Shown piece after piece: positions 42,601 to 54,649 of a stretch of DNA of 64,000 bases (within the stretch, counting starts at the first letter, position 1; every line of letters starts with the position of its first letter). The notes under the pieces were generated by a model. The model worked only from the letters and a program-made list of their open reading frames with translations, was not told the DNA's origin and did not search any database. Origin of the DNA: Azolla caroliniana (lineage: Eukaryota; Plantae; Polypodiophyta); assembly GCA_043228905.1 (NCBI GenBank), contig JBHGNT010000021.1, positions 9,238,001-9,302,000 of the forward strand. Reading direction: 5' to 3'. The position numbers and the translations under genes are program-made.

Positions 42601-43166
42601 TTCGATTCAACTGAATCATGCAAGAAAAACGAGTATTGTGTGCAGACAGATCTTTGATTCATCGAGAAGAAGCCATGTCCATGACACTTAAAGTTGCATA
42701 TCCACGAGTAACTAACATCGAAAGACAACAATTGTGACAGAAAACCTTTGATTCCTATAAATCGAACATCTTTTCCACCAAAACCAAATATTTATGGAAG
42801 CTACCTATCAGAAGAAAAAACGCAGAGATCTCGATCTGTATGAATCAGAAGACGTTATTCCCACCACATCTACACAAACCTCACATACGATTAATTACTA
42901 ACATCAAGGAACATTATTTGAACAGCAGATATTTTGATTCGTCCGAATCAGACATCATTTCCTATGAGGACAACGGTGTTACACACACATTAATTGACAT
43001 AAAGAGACAACAACAATGGCCCGCAGAAGACGCGAGTGTTGTCACTGTGAATCAGACGTCTCCTTCTTCCACTCAGAAATAGATCGTTCACCATGCAAGA
43101 TTCGGTTAGACGCAAGATAAGCGGAGGAAGGATGATCCTTACCTTGTGGCATTTGCAGACCACCAT
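30626..43166 (-). CDS. ZFPL1: Zinc finger protein-like 1 homologue (N-terminal zinc finger, RING/PHD-like finger, C-terminal TM anchor), about 363 aa. Exons: 43166-43143, 38748-38668, 34006-33889, 33790-33696, 33601-33530, 33452-33171, 31304-31187, 31108-30910, 30728-30626
   Basis: Spliced translation MVVCKCHK-ATNLYCFVHKVPVCGECISFGEHDICV-VRTYSEWVIDGDYNWPPKC...RLGCLH-VLHSTCL..FPPHTAPAGYACPAC-IWPPK...KKILLVLAIMSCMATMLLLYYRL. All introns are GT-AG with consistent phases. Confidence 0.95.
31830..32200 (+). mobile_element. LINE APE-endonuclease remnant in a ZFPL1 intron
   Basis: INVH.., GGDLN and SDHKP motifs in the correct order. Confidence 0.6.
36500..38520 (-). mobile_element. degenerate L1-type LINE ORF2 (EN-RT) in ZFPL1 intron 2
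   Basis: DFEK.AY motif at ~37290 and SRL.. at ~38325; heavily decayed, boundaries approximate. Confidence 0.5.
39700..40690 (+). mobile_element. two 5'-truncated LINE-like 3' ends in intron 1 (shared ~130-bp terminus at 39710-39840 and 40550-40690)
   Basis: The same terminus occurs inverted at 35425-35535 and, more weakly, at 36230-36310. Confidence 0.5.
41824..41873. repeat. compound (GGT)n(GAT)n microsatellite
   Basis: Directly visible. Confidence 0.95.
42200..43070. repeat. degenerate ~70-95-bp tandem array at the 5' end of ZFPL1 intron 1
   Basis: Recurrent core CAGATCTTYGATTCRTYTGAAKCAGA, about 9 copies. Confidence 0.65.
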
Positions 43167-44276
43167 GGCTATGTAGATTTTACGCGGCTGTATCCTGAGC
43201 GCGGCGCAGGGAGAAGAAAGGATTATGAAATGCGATAATAAATAAATAAATAAATAAATAAGATGGAAGCGATGGAGGAGGATGGATCGATGGAGAGATT
43301 TCGCTGGCAGACAGAAAGAAATGAATGAAGGAGAAGGAGAAGGAAGGAGGTGAAAGAAAGGAACAGACGAGAATGCAGAGAGAACAGTGTAAGTAAAGTT
43401 AAGAACTTAGACTGGAAAACTCGGATTCTAACCCACGACGTGAAGTTTACAATGTTGAGAAGTTACCACTAGAGTAATAGTAATTATAGTATAAAACAGA
43501 CTAAAACATGTTTTACCTCTTTGTTGGAAGAGTATTGAGGCAATGAAAGGGCAAATGATTTTTTCTTTTTCTTACATTATTTTTGTAGAGAGAAAAAACC
43601 AGCAAAAAACTATTTTTAGTAGAGGTAAAAACCAACTTGTTCAAGTTGAAAACCGCCTATTGGCTTTTGGCTAGAAAAACCACGGCACAAAAACGTCATG
43701 TTTAGAAGGCCTGGAATGGCTGCGTACATATTTGCCAAGTTAATGTGATAGTTATGGAAATGGAGCTCATGTTGAAGTTGTTTTAGTTCAATGTGATCCA
43801 CGAAACAAAGCATGGTGATGTTTTTTCTAACATGTTGAACAAAACATCTCCTAACATGCAACAGAGGAATCAATGTCCCATTGTGTGATCTTTGAAAAAG
43901 TTAAAGGAAGAATATTTTTCCTTTAGGAGGAGATGATGCCTTGTAATGTAATGTATCTACACTTCATGCAGTGAAATTTAGGCCTAAGCTCTCCTTCATA
44001 ACAATACTCATGGATTGCCCCTCCCTCATGGATCAACTTGATTTTCATGCCCATTACAAAGACCAACCAAAACACACACACATCTTCCTTCCCCCCCCCC
44101 CCCCTCCAATGTCTCTTGCATCCGCTACTGTATCCTTTTCTATGCGTGGAACCGTCGAATTCCATATCTCGACCCGATTGTGTGCGTTGCACCGAGACTC
44201 CGTGGGATGCATCTCCCTTCTCTTGGCATCCAAACTTTGTCGTACTCTTCTTTACTTTGTTTGGCAATCGCACGTC

Positions 44277-44277
<1 letters not shown>

Positions 44278-44331
<54 letters not shown>
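44278..44331. repeat. (TA)n microsatellite
   Basis: Directly visible. Confidence 0.97.
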
Positions 44332-44334
<3 letters not shown>

Positions 44335-44409
44335 GAATGTATGCATGTGTCATCGCATATAAGTTTCGTAATTAGTAACCCTCTCTCATGGCACCATCTT
44401 CTATGTGAA

Positions 44410-45240
44410 CAACGTGAAACTCCGATTTAGGACGTGAATCTCAAATGTTGACCACCTCATTCCAATAGTAATTGTGTAGTTCCACTCCTTTGAGCATATA
44501 TTGAGGTATCTCGATCATGTTCTTATTATTTCATTCCACTATTTTTTGTTTTGTTGTGAAGTAGACATATTCGTGAGTTGCCTCTTAATTCCTTCCAACG
44601 CCACATGCTCACTGAACTCATTTGTGATGAATTCTCCCCATTTATTTATCCAAGAATATTTCACCTTCAAGTCGCATTCTTTCTCCACCATCTGATATCA
44701 CATCCTAATAAATATATAGGCCTCAATATCACTTTCAGTATTTTCAACCATTTACACCCTCAAAGAAAGTATCATGTTATGCTCAATATGTTTGTCGTTG
44801 CCTTTCCTTACAAGTCACTATGGACTAACTCTAGAGGAGACTTCACTTCTCAGGCTTCTACGAGAAAGACTAAATTTGATTATGATTATCCATCATGCTA
44901 GGCTCTACCCTTGTACTTCCTAGACTATTTAAGTAGCCAAGAAAATAATGTATTATCACATCTTCTACCATATCTGCAATGTAATGTGCCCAAAGAGTCA
45001 ATGTCACAACTTCACATCCAACAAGCTTTGACACTCATCCACGTCTATTGTAATAATAAGCTTGAGCAAAATTCTTCTTTAAGCTTTAACTCCATCATCC
45101 AATTTAATCTTCAATTAGCTTCATATTTGTATTGAGAGCTCTCACATCATCCTCCAGAGACTCCTACATTATTTGATTACTTGAAGAACCACATCCTCCA
45201 ACTTGGCCATTGTTTGCAATTGTTTTTTGTACATGTGAGA
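44410..45240 (-). mobile_element. old copia integrase remnant
   Basis: VEKECDLKVK..GEF..EGIKRQLT..QQN..YW.EVV..VLNRS on the minus strand. Confidence 0.6.
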
Positions 45241-45729
45241 GTTGTTCACATCTAATTTTGCTACCCCTTGAGGTTTGTACTTCCACTAAATACTTCATTC
45301 AATTTGATTATTTTTTTAAGGTCGTATTGTGAATAATTAGATAACTAATTATACAAGTAGTTAGTACTAATTATGTAATTGAGTAATGGAAGCAATTAGT
45401 GAGACACTAAGAGAGAAGAGGTGACAATATAATTATAATAAACATGTGAGAGAGTAAGAGAAGATGATAAACATAACAATAATGAGATATGAATTTATTA
45501 AGCACAATGGTGGTGGAACATAACAATAAATATGTGTACATTAGTAATGTTATTCGATTATGTCCAACAGTTTTGCTTTACATAGCATGTGTCAAGTATT
45601 GGTGCATCCATTTAGTTCTTACACTAATTATTGCAATATCTATGATCTTACACATATATTCTAGAGTTAACTCCTAAAGAGTAGTCTTACACTTCCTAAT
45701 GTATTTTCTAGAGAATATGCATTCAATAT

Positions 45730-46143
45730 TGTTGAGAAGCAAGCTCAACATGGGCTGAATTGGCTGAATAAGCCAAGAGCCGGATCGGATGAGGACTGAT
45801 CGGCTAGACCCGGATCCGGATCGACTGGGAGCTCGCAAGCCGTTAGAGGCCTACCCTCCTACTTTAGTAGGTAGGAATAGCTTTAGGAGTAGTGTCAGAT
45901 GCTTTTATGTGAGCATTAAAGTATTGACAGTACTTGTGTCAAGTTGTTGTTAGGGCTTGTATAAAAGTGCACAATCATATGTAAAGAGAATGTATGATTT
46001 TTTAATTGAGTTTTCTAGTCTTCTACTCTCTCTGTCTCTGTCTCTCTCGCTTACTGTGTATCGTCATACTCTATGTGTTTTCTTTGTTGTTGTTCGGCTA
46101 AGCCGATTGTGTTCTGTTTTAGTTTCTGCATGTAATATTTACA
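45730..46143 (+). mobile_element. solo LTR related to the copia B family
   Basis: TG...CA ends, TSD AATAT/AATAC, colinear with the reverse complement of the copia B LTR (CAAGCTCAACAT, CAGTACTTGTGTCA, AGGGCTTGTATAAAA). Confidence 0.85.
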
Positions 46144-47136
46144 AATACTAAGTCTAATTATATAGTTTGATACATTAGATTTACTTGGGCTTACATAGGA
46201 TATATTTACACATGAGGGTGGGTGTGTTGTACATAAGGTTGATCTTGATTTTCAACACCTATGAAAACCAAATCGCAACATGACTAAGCAAAAGAATAGT
46301 GACAAGATCATGACAACACTTAAAAGATAATAGTAGAAAACAAAAGACTAATCACAAGATGCCAAAGATAATGGTTGTATTATTCACAAATAGATACAAA
46401 AATTGTATAAAATAACGCTCTATTTCTTTCTAATGCACAACACACACTTTGAGTATGTCTAGCTCTAAAATCCCAACTTAGAACAACCACTCGTTCTCCA
46501 AGCGCTATATGCTCTCTCCTTTTTATAATTAGAATTGGTGGGTTTACATTTGTCCAACCCACTTGGCCTTTCTTATAAGGATTTAGATCATACAATCCTA
46601 TAGAGGATCAAGCATATATATGCAATGGAACAAATTAAGTAAGATGTATGTTATGATTGCATGTGTGTGTGAGATAGATAGATTATATTATCGTCTTCGG
46701 AGGTCAAATATGACCTATGAGACTAAAAATATTACATTTCACGTGATACGTGTGAAAATGAGTAGCGACTGTCGATGTTCAAGAACTTTACCAATGAATG
46801 TTGCAATTGAGATGCACATTGTGCTTTGTTCGGATATGCTGCCAACCACAACCGGATCTCACCAATGCGTATGTGGGTGCAATGATTGAACCGACAGAAA
46901 AAAACAAGAATAAAGAGACACAAGATGTTTATGTGGAAAACCCTAAAAGGGAAAAACCATGGGAGCCCACATACTCTGAACTATTACACTATGTATGAGA
47001 GGATATAAGGTCTAGACTCACAAGCAACAACCTCGAGCTCGTCTTCATCTAACAAACGGTTGCAACAGAGTTACTTCTAACATTCATTCTCTCTCTCTCT
47101 CTCTCTCTCTCATACAACATAGTCTTACTTACAAAG

Positions 47137-49966
47137 TGTGAAGAGTAGCGTGCGGAAGTTTGTAGACAAACCGGCTCAACCGGATTACAACAATAAAAAC
47201 AGAGAATGAAGGTTTAATGGAAGTGTAAAGAATCGAGAGAGATTTAGTGCAACGGAAGATGATTGTGTGTGTGTGTGCACATAAGACACACACACACACA
47301 CACACACAGAACAAGAAACTGTATATTACTTCCAACAACAACCTAGTTACAAAGGGTTGGTTTAAATACCAACTAGGCAAGGGCAAGTGCCCTTTCAACT
47401 ATTTACAAAATTAGCCTGGTGTGTCCATGAGCTAGTGTGAAACCTATCTCTATGGGAAGTTGAGTTCGACTCTCAACATGCCCCTTCGAACACAACTTCC
47501 ATATGTCGAAAAGTTGTTTTGGTTCGGTATTCAGAGTACTTCGATTCGAATGAATCGGCTTCCGGCTTTCGTAATCCTACTCATCCAAACTCTTGTTCGA
47601 CTTTTCGGCTTCATGCTCCTTGTTCAGCTCGATTGTTACCATCGTACTTCGAATCACCTGGTCAGCTTCGATCAACTAATCGACTACTTGCGTGTTGGCT
47701 ACTTATTGGTTGCTTCCGTGTCGCCTGTTGTACTCCCCCTCAAGCTCGGTAATGTAGATATTGTGAGACTAAGGTCGGATGCGAATTGCCCGTGCTTGTT
47801 GACGCCTAAGGCCTTCGTAAGATATCTGTAACTTGAAGGTGCGTACTGATGTGTTGTAGATCGATTTCGCCGGCCTGAACGCGCTCGTGAATGAAGTGGT
47901 AGTGCACTTCGATGTGTTTAGTCCGTGTGTGAAATACAGGTTTGCGAGCCAGGTAGATACTGCTCATGTTGTCGCAGTATAAGCAAATCGGATCTTTGAT
48001 GGGTACGCCCAGATCCTTTAGTACATGCTTCAGCCATACGGCTTCGCATGCAACGACTGCCACGCCCTTGTATTCAGCCTCCGTACTCGACAGTGCGACT
48101 ATCATTTGCTTCTTGTTGCTCCACGAGATCGCTCCGTTGCCAAGGGAGAAGACGAATCCGGATGTTGATCATCTATCATCCTTATATCCGGCCCAGTCCG
48201 CGTTTGTGTACCCTTCGAGTCGAATAAGCGTATTCAACTTGTACATAATGCCGTAATGCATCGTACTACTAACATACCGAAGTATCCTCTTAACGCAATC
48301 AAGATGGAGATTTCATGGGTTCTGCATGAATTGGCTAAGTAGGTTAACAGAATAGTTGAGCTCAGGTTGTGTGATGGTTAGGTAGATTAGGCTGCCGATC
48401 AGTTGGCGATACTGAGTTGGCTCGCACTCGGCTGTGCCAAAATCGACATCGAGCTTGAGATTACGGTCAAGAGGAGTAGACACAGGTTTGCACTTGGTCA
48501 TTCTGAACTTGTAGAGTAAGTTGAGAACGTACTATTGTTGAGGGATCAGGATCCCGATTGGTGTCCGAATTTCTTCAATGCCAAGGAAGTAATGGAGCTC
48601 CTGCATATCTTTCATTTCAAATTTGCCGGATAGGAGTGATTTCACCGTATTGACTTCGGCTAGATTTAGTCCTCCGATTACCAAATCATCCACGTATAGG
48701 ATGATGACAATCGGGTTGTTCGACTTGTTGCAGATGTACATGGAGTTGTCCGATTTTGACATTCGAAATTCGATTTGGTGAAGATACTCCGTGATCTTCA
48801 AATGCCAAGCACGGGGTGCTTGCTTAAGACCGTAGATCGGCTTCTTGAGTCGGCACACGGCTTTTGGATGAGTACGTGATTCAAAGCCGGGTGGTTGTAC
48901 CATGTACACCTCCTCTTCCAATTCGCTTTGAAGAAAGGCGTTCTTGACGTCCATCTGGTGGAGGTGCCACCCTTTTGTTGCTGCGAGTGCGATCACGGTC
49001 TGCACTATTGTCATCTTTTGCCATCGGGCAAAGGTCTCTTCGTAGTCGACTCCATGTGTTTGTGCGTATCCTTTCGCTACGAGTTGTGCTTTGAAACGAT
49101 TTATGGATCCATCGGCATTGTGTTTCACTTTGTAAATCCATCTGCATCCAATCGCTTTCTTGTGCTGAGACTGAGGAACGAGATCCCAAGTCTCGTTTTT
49201 GCATAAGGCTTGCATTTCTTCATTCATTACGTCAACCCATCGTGGGTCCTTGGCGGCTTCAGAAAAGGTTTCCGGCTCCCGTACAGTTGCAACCTTCATC
49301 ATAAAGGCGTAATGGTACGCCATGTACTCATCATAGCTGTATCGACTTACAGAGTTCTTTCCACAGGTGGACCGATGGAGTTTTTCGTTTGCAGCCGCAA
49401 TGGTTTTCTTCGCTCCATTTGTTTGGATGTCGAGGCCTTTGAACTCACTATGAGTTGACTCATTGTCCATCAAGTCTTCATATTCTGGCATTTTCACCTT
49501 CCCTTTGTCCAGCTTCGAACTCAGCTGAGATGTGCTTTGATCGCTCAAAAGGCTCTTGAAGCCCACTAAGCCTTGTCTTAATCGGGCTTTCTTCGAACAT
49601 ATGCGTGAGCTGATCTTCGTCTTCTATCTCTATTTCGGGGGATTCCTGGTCGAGCGGAATCAGAGTCAAAGTTGTCTCTGGTGCGTACCAGGATGCATAC
49701 TCGTCGAAAATGACGTCTCGACTTACTTGAGCTTTTCGAGTTGAGGGGTTATAACACTTGTACCCCTTTTGCTCCAGTGAGTATCCTACGAGGATACATT
49801 TCTCCGACTTCGGGTCGAGCTTTTGTCGCGTCTCGTCGGGAATATGCACATAGACGATTGAGTCGAAAATACGGACATGTGATAACTCCGGCTTCTTTCC
49901 GAAAAACATCTCACATGGGGTTACGTTGTGTAGCCCTGAGGTTGTACACCTGTTCATGAGGTATAC
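47137..49966 (-). mobile_element. Ty1/copia retrotransposon D, 3' half (end of IN, RT, RH, 3' LTR 47137-47478)
   Basis: DVKNAFL, YGLKQAPRAW, YVDDL and TRTKHIEVHYH motifs; LTR of the copia C family. Confidence 0.92.
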
Positions 49967-50816
49967 CTCACGACGAGTGAAGTTATCTGACAAATGTACA
50001 CTTTCCAATAACATGTCATCCTTATAGGCTTGGTATACCTCACGGTGAGTGAAGTTATTTGACAAATGTAACCTTCAAGTGGTGGGCATAACATCACATT
50101 GCTTCGAGAAATAAATCTCCATCCATCTAACAACATGTCGCCTAATCAGCCCCTTACATGAAGATTCTCTATTATTGAAAGGCACCCACCACCCCTTCAG
50201 TAATTGATGTTGAATTCTTTGTAGCCTCATGTTCCCGATGCTATAAGCAATTTTAAAAGCAACTCAACAACTCTTCGTAGTAAGTGAAAGGTTGGATTCC
50301 ACCTATTGAGAACACAACACTGCCCAGATGGTCCTTAACAAGTTGCATATTGGCAATCAAGAATGTATCTTGTTCGTCGCCATTGAGAGACAAATACTTT
50401 TGCCGCAACCCCCGCAAGTTTGCCTTTCCAAATTTTGATAGACAAAGTTTCCCACAACATACCTTGCATATGTCAATTGAAATTTGTCGATTCGAACACA
50501 AAAAATTATATCGTTTTACACTCACTTGTCGAGGAACTCTTTGAAAATTTAGAGGCTTATTGACACAGTCTTCGGTAGCATTCGATAAACTGGACTCGAC
50601 ATGAGTTGTATCTACTTTAATATATCTTGCTTTACCTATGTTTAATGGCTCTATCGAAAAAATTGACGTCGAGCTTTGCTCTTGGTTGTCATTGGTCTTA
50701 ACATGGCACCGTTTATTATTAACATGGCTATATTCCTCAATTGAGAATAAGGAGTTATCAGATAATATAATAGGCTCAATAGAAAACAAAGAATTTTCAC
50801 TTGACTTTGAGGACAT
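49960..50816 (-). pseudogene. 5' third of Sola-like transposase (paralogue of 20717-23497)
   Basis: FSIEEY repeats, RVPRQV...CKVCCGKLCL...LRQKYLSL..DEQDTFL, and VMPTT.RLHLSNNFTHREVY align to copy 1. Confidence 0.88.
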
Positions 50817-51083
50817 TTTGCTCAAGGCTAAGTAACACAAACAATGTCCAAAATAGGCACAAGCTTGGTTTTATAATAAGCACCATGTCCAAAGACATAT
50901 TTTTTATTATTTAAAAAATAATAATTTTGAAAATACAAAAAAAAATATATATAAAGGGAAGTCATCTTCTATTTCTCATTATCACGTTCAAGGAGAAGAA
51001 GAGTACAAGAGCACAAGAGCACTCAACAACCAATATCGTCAAGTTTTGTCCTCCCTAGTCAAGTTAACATCTCTGACATCAAC

Positions 51084-54000
51084 ATGAACAAAGGAAAGAA
51101 AATTGCCATGTATGTTTTCCAACCCAACATTTTAGATTCCAAAAAGATTCTTTTTTTTGTTTATTTTTTGCTTCCATAATTGATGTGTGTCCCTTTCAAC
51201 GGGAACTCGATGCAGTGCAACGAGTTCCTGTTGAACTCGTTGTAGTGCATCGAGTTCTCGTTGAAAAATGGGATCTTTATGGTCAATGGATTAGATTTGG
51301 TCAATTTTTTTGCTGTTTTTTGGTCTACTTCGTCAAGTTTTTTATGTAACATTCTATACAAAAACGTATGATTTTTGCTAATTTTTCCCTTATTTAAGAG
51401 GTCTATATTGTTTATTATTAACATTATTGTCATATCCTTGTGTCATGACTTGTTGTTTTCAGTGAGCCACGACAAAAGGTGCCGTCCTGCAAACTTAAAA
51501 TTCCATCACCAACAAAAAGACCTTCTGACACCATGATTAAAGATGATTCTCGCAAAGCATTTATCGAGTCAGGAGGTGATGACACCTCAAAGTCTTTTGC
51601 CGATATCACGCCAAATACTTTAGGCGAAAAGAGTGGGGAGCCTCGCCTGAAGAGCTACCCCCATGTGGAGTGGACACTGATCTACATCGAGGAAGAAGGG
51701 GACCTCCTTATTCTTGCAAAGTCTGAAGGTGAAGGCAAGTTGCAGGTGGGAAAGACATTCACCTACGGCTACGTACGAAGCATCGAATATGAAGACAAGG
51801 ACTCATCGAACCTCTTCATCAATGTTGATAGCTCGGTTGGGGTTTCGCAGAGTCAAGATCGGTGAATGTAATTTCATAACTGAATCCTGCCACCTTAAAG
51901 CCCTAAAAAAGGATGTTTAGACAAAAAACAACTTGATTGTTGCTTTGCGCCCGTGCATTACAGGAGAGTTGATGGTCACACAAGCAACAACCCCACCAAA
52001 GTCTTCCAAGAAGTCCAAACCGGAACATAAGAAGTACAAGAAAAGGCAGCAACCAGAAGAGGACGACTCGAAGGTCCTCGAGTTCGTAGAAGATGAGGAG
52101 GAAGAAGTCGAGCTCGAAGTTATTCCTCCAGGGGGTCACATTTCATTGGGGATACTCACCTTAGAGCAGAACCGGATCAGAGAAAATATTGTGAAGACGA
52201 AGCTTGTCCGTGAAGGACAATTATTTCACTTACCAATCTGCTCTATTCAACAACCACCCATCGATCCGGAGATAGGAAGACGGGCTCTAGAAATTAGAGA
52301 GCCACATTCAGTGCATGTGCAGAACTTGAAAAGCAAAATGAAGATTAATCCACATGTGACTGTAGTGCCATTCTTAGTAATGGTCGACCCAGATCAATGC
52401 CCTACTGTTGCTGACTTCAAGTACAGTTTGACAGATGACTATACATACTATGTGATTGGAGGATCCCACCCTGCTGAAGCCCGACGTCAACTGGTTAAGG
52501 AGTATCCTCTTACCCCTTTCTTCAAGTATGCAGAATGTAAAGTGTATGCAAGCCTTACACATGAAGAAGCCAAGTTGTTAGCTTGGGATCATAACAACGA
52601 TAATGACTATAGACAAAAGATGTCATGTATCGAGTGCATCAGGTTCTTCCATCACGAGTACCTTGATGCACTGCAAAAATTTGGTCCTCGGCTACATCTT
52701 GGATTGCAACGACAATGTCTGCTTGAAGTGGGGATAGCCGTTGACGAAAGCACCAAGTCTGAAGGCCTCAGGAAATATGACTCATGGTTTCAACTTGCCT
52801 TTAGAACATGGGAGGTGTGGGGCCTCCAAGTTTGCATTTTTAGTATGTGGGAGCGTAAAAAAATAAAGGGTCAAAAATCAAAGAAGGCTAAGCTCGACCC
52901 ATAGGTGGAGATGAAATCTAAGTAACGTAAAAGTGACTTAGTAATTGAAGAGTTAGCCGAAGATATGAAGCTACTTCCTTCGCGGTCACTACAAGGAATT
53001 AAGGATGACAGATTATTGATATCTGTATTATCAAGAGTGGCTGCCAAGGAGTTTAACCTTGACGAAATGGTTGCAGAGTTACAAAAGTGAGTCATATATG
53101 TGCATGTATCATTTTGATTTGATTTCTTTGTTGATTTGCCCCTTTTTCTAATTTTAGTTTCATTTGTTTTTTGGCCATAAGGTGTATATGAAGATTCAAG
53201 AGTTGATGATGAAAAAATTGTCCCTGCCTATGTGGGAAGAAGTGGAGCAATCTTGCCCAAAAACATCATCTTATAAGGCTCTTGAAGAATTCTTTATTGT
53301 TTTTAGAGAATGGGTATGTATGTTCTACAAATATTAATTGATTTTTGGATAATGGGTTTCTTCTTACAAAATTTATAATTACAGAAACCACCTCGTTCAA
53401 AGAAGAATAGTGACAACAATGAAGGCATACCTAGAGCCTTCATCACCCATTTGGAATGAGCTAAATACGAGAAACGAAAGGAGCTCGAGGTGCCTGAGGA
53501 CTCAGATACCATCAAAAGCTTTTTGCACAAGAGTGATCCTTTCCGACAATTGTATTATAGTGTATATAATGTTGAATTTGTGGGTAATATGCTTGACATA
53601 TTACCCAAGAGACATTATACATTGCTTGTCGCGGATATACCATATGGTTTCAGAATATCAGGCTCGACATATGACGATGTGCCATACAAATATCCGCAAA
53701 TAGAGAAGATGGTTAAGGACTTCGCAGAGCTGACCCTAGCACCATTATGGCATATTGTTATATTTCATAGTATGGGTCAGGTGTTATCGGTCACGACTGC
53801 ATTGAAGTCGAGATGCCATGCCACCGAACATATGCATTGGTAAACATTTTGTTACTATATATTTAATCTGTGGAATCTATGTTGCTTACGCAATATTTAT
53901 TAACTTGTTTTGAAAAAATTGTGAAATAGGGTTAAAACGAACATAACTCGGACCCTAGTTGATCGAATGGTGAGCGCTGTGAAGCACATGTGTGTGGGCT

Positions 54001-54649
54001 ACTACGACGCAATATCTAAGAAGAAGGCTCGCGCACATGTTAATGAATGCAACGTTGTCACTTATATCATGTGCCCAACTGTAACAAACAAATTGTGACA
54101 CGTGTGTGGTGATAAGAGTTTAGTATCAAAAGCCACAATGATTAATAAATCGATTGGTCGAGTTGTTCTCGAACCCTGATGATTGGGTTCTTGACTTGTT
54201 TTCTGGAACAGGTAATCACAACACTTTCATCTAGTTTTTAAAAAATGAAATACCATTTCTTGTCTTTTTTTCTTACTTTTGCATGTGTGATTGTTTGTTT
54301 AGGAACGACGACTGCATGTGCTCTCAAATTGTTTAGGAACTGCGTCGCATTGGAGAAGGACCCCGACCAAGTCAACTTTATTAAGATGAGGATCCAAGGC
54401 ATTTGGGATTGTCCCGGCCAGGACCAAGAGGTTGGGGCAAAGCACATCAACGAAACAAAAATGTTTCAAATGGCCTCTAGAGAGCCGATGGAACCTATCG
54501 ATGAGGAAGGAGGCGACCTGGTCGACCTTAAAGATGTACTAGGTTCCGAACACATACAAGATTCAACTGAGGATATAGAACATGTTGATGTAGCACCACT
54601 CTCAACTGATCTTGGAGAGCAACCTGTTCTGGACCTCCTAATGGAGTGA
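51084..54649 (+). pseudogene. ParB/Srx-like domain fused to beta-class N6A/N4C DNA methyltransferase, 7 inferred exons (51084-51109, 51463-51861, ~51964-53086, ~53182-53312, 53384-53839, 53930-54211, 54303-54649), with stops and frameshifts
   Basis: ParB-like PFLVMVD..YYVIGGSH.AEARRQL..AECKVY..EEAKLLA..HN. MTase motif IV LLVADIPYG (53634-53645), W.K.N, QKP.LINRLVELFSNPDDWVLDLFSGT|GTTTACALKLFRNCVALEKD. GT-AG introns. Confidence 0.85.
51196..51265. repeat. two 25-bp palindromes forming one larger hairpin in intron 1
   Basis: GAACTCGATGCA-G-TGCAACGAGTTC (51203-51227) and GAACTCGTTGTA-G-TGCATCGAGTTC (51233-51257). Confidence 0.9.

Noticed and set aside
42200-43070. CRISPR array or C/D snoRNA cluster
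   Set aside because: Repeats are too degenerate and no consistent C and D box pairs were found.
51084-54649. Bacterial contamination or a prophage restriction-modification locus
   Set aside because: GT-AG introns split conserved motifs, there is a TATA-type promoter, junctions run directly into plant retrotransposons, and no restriction enzyme gene is nearby.
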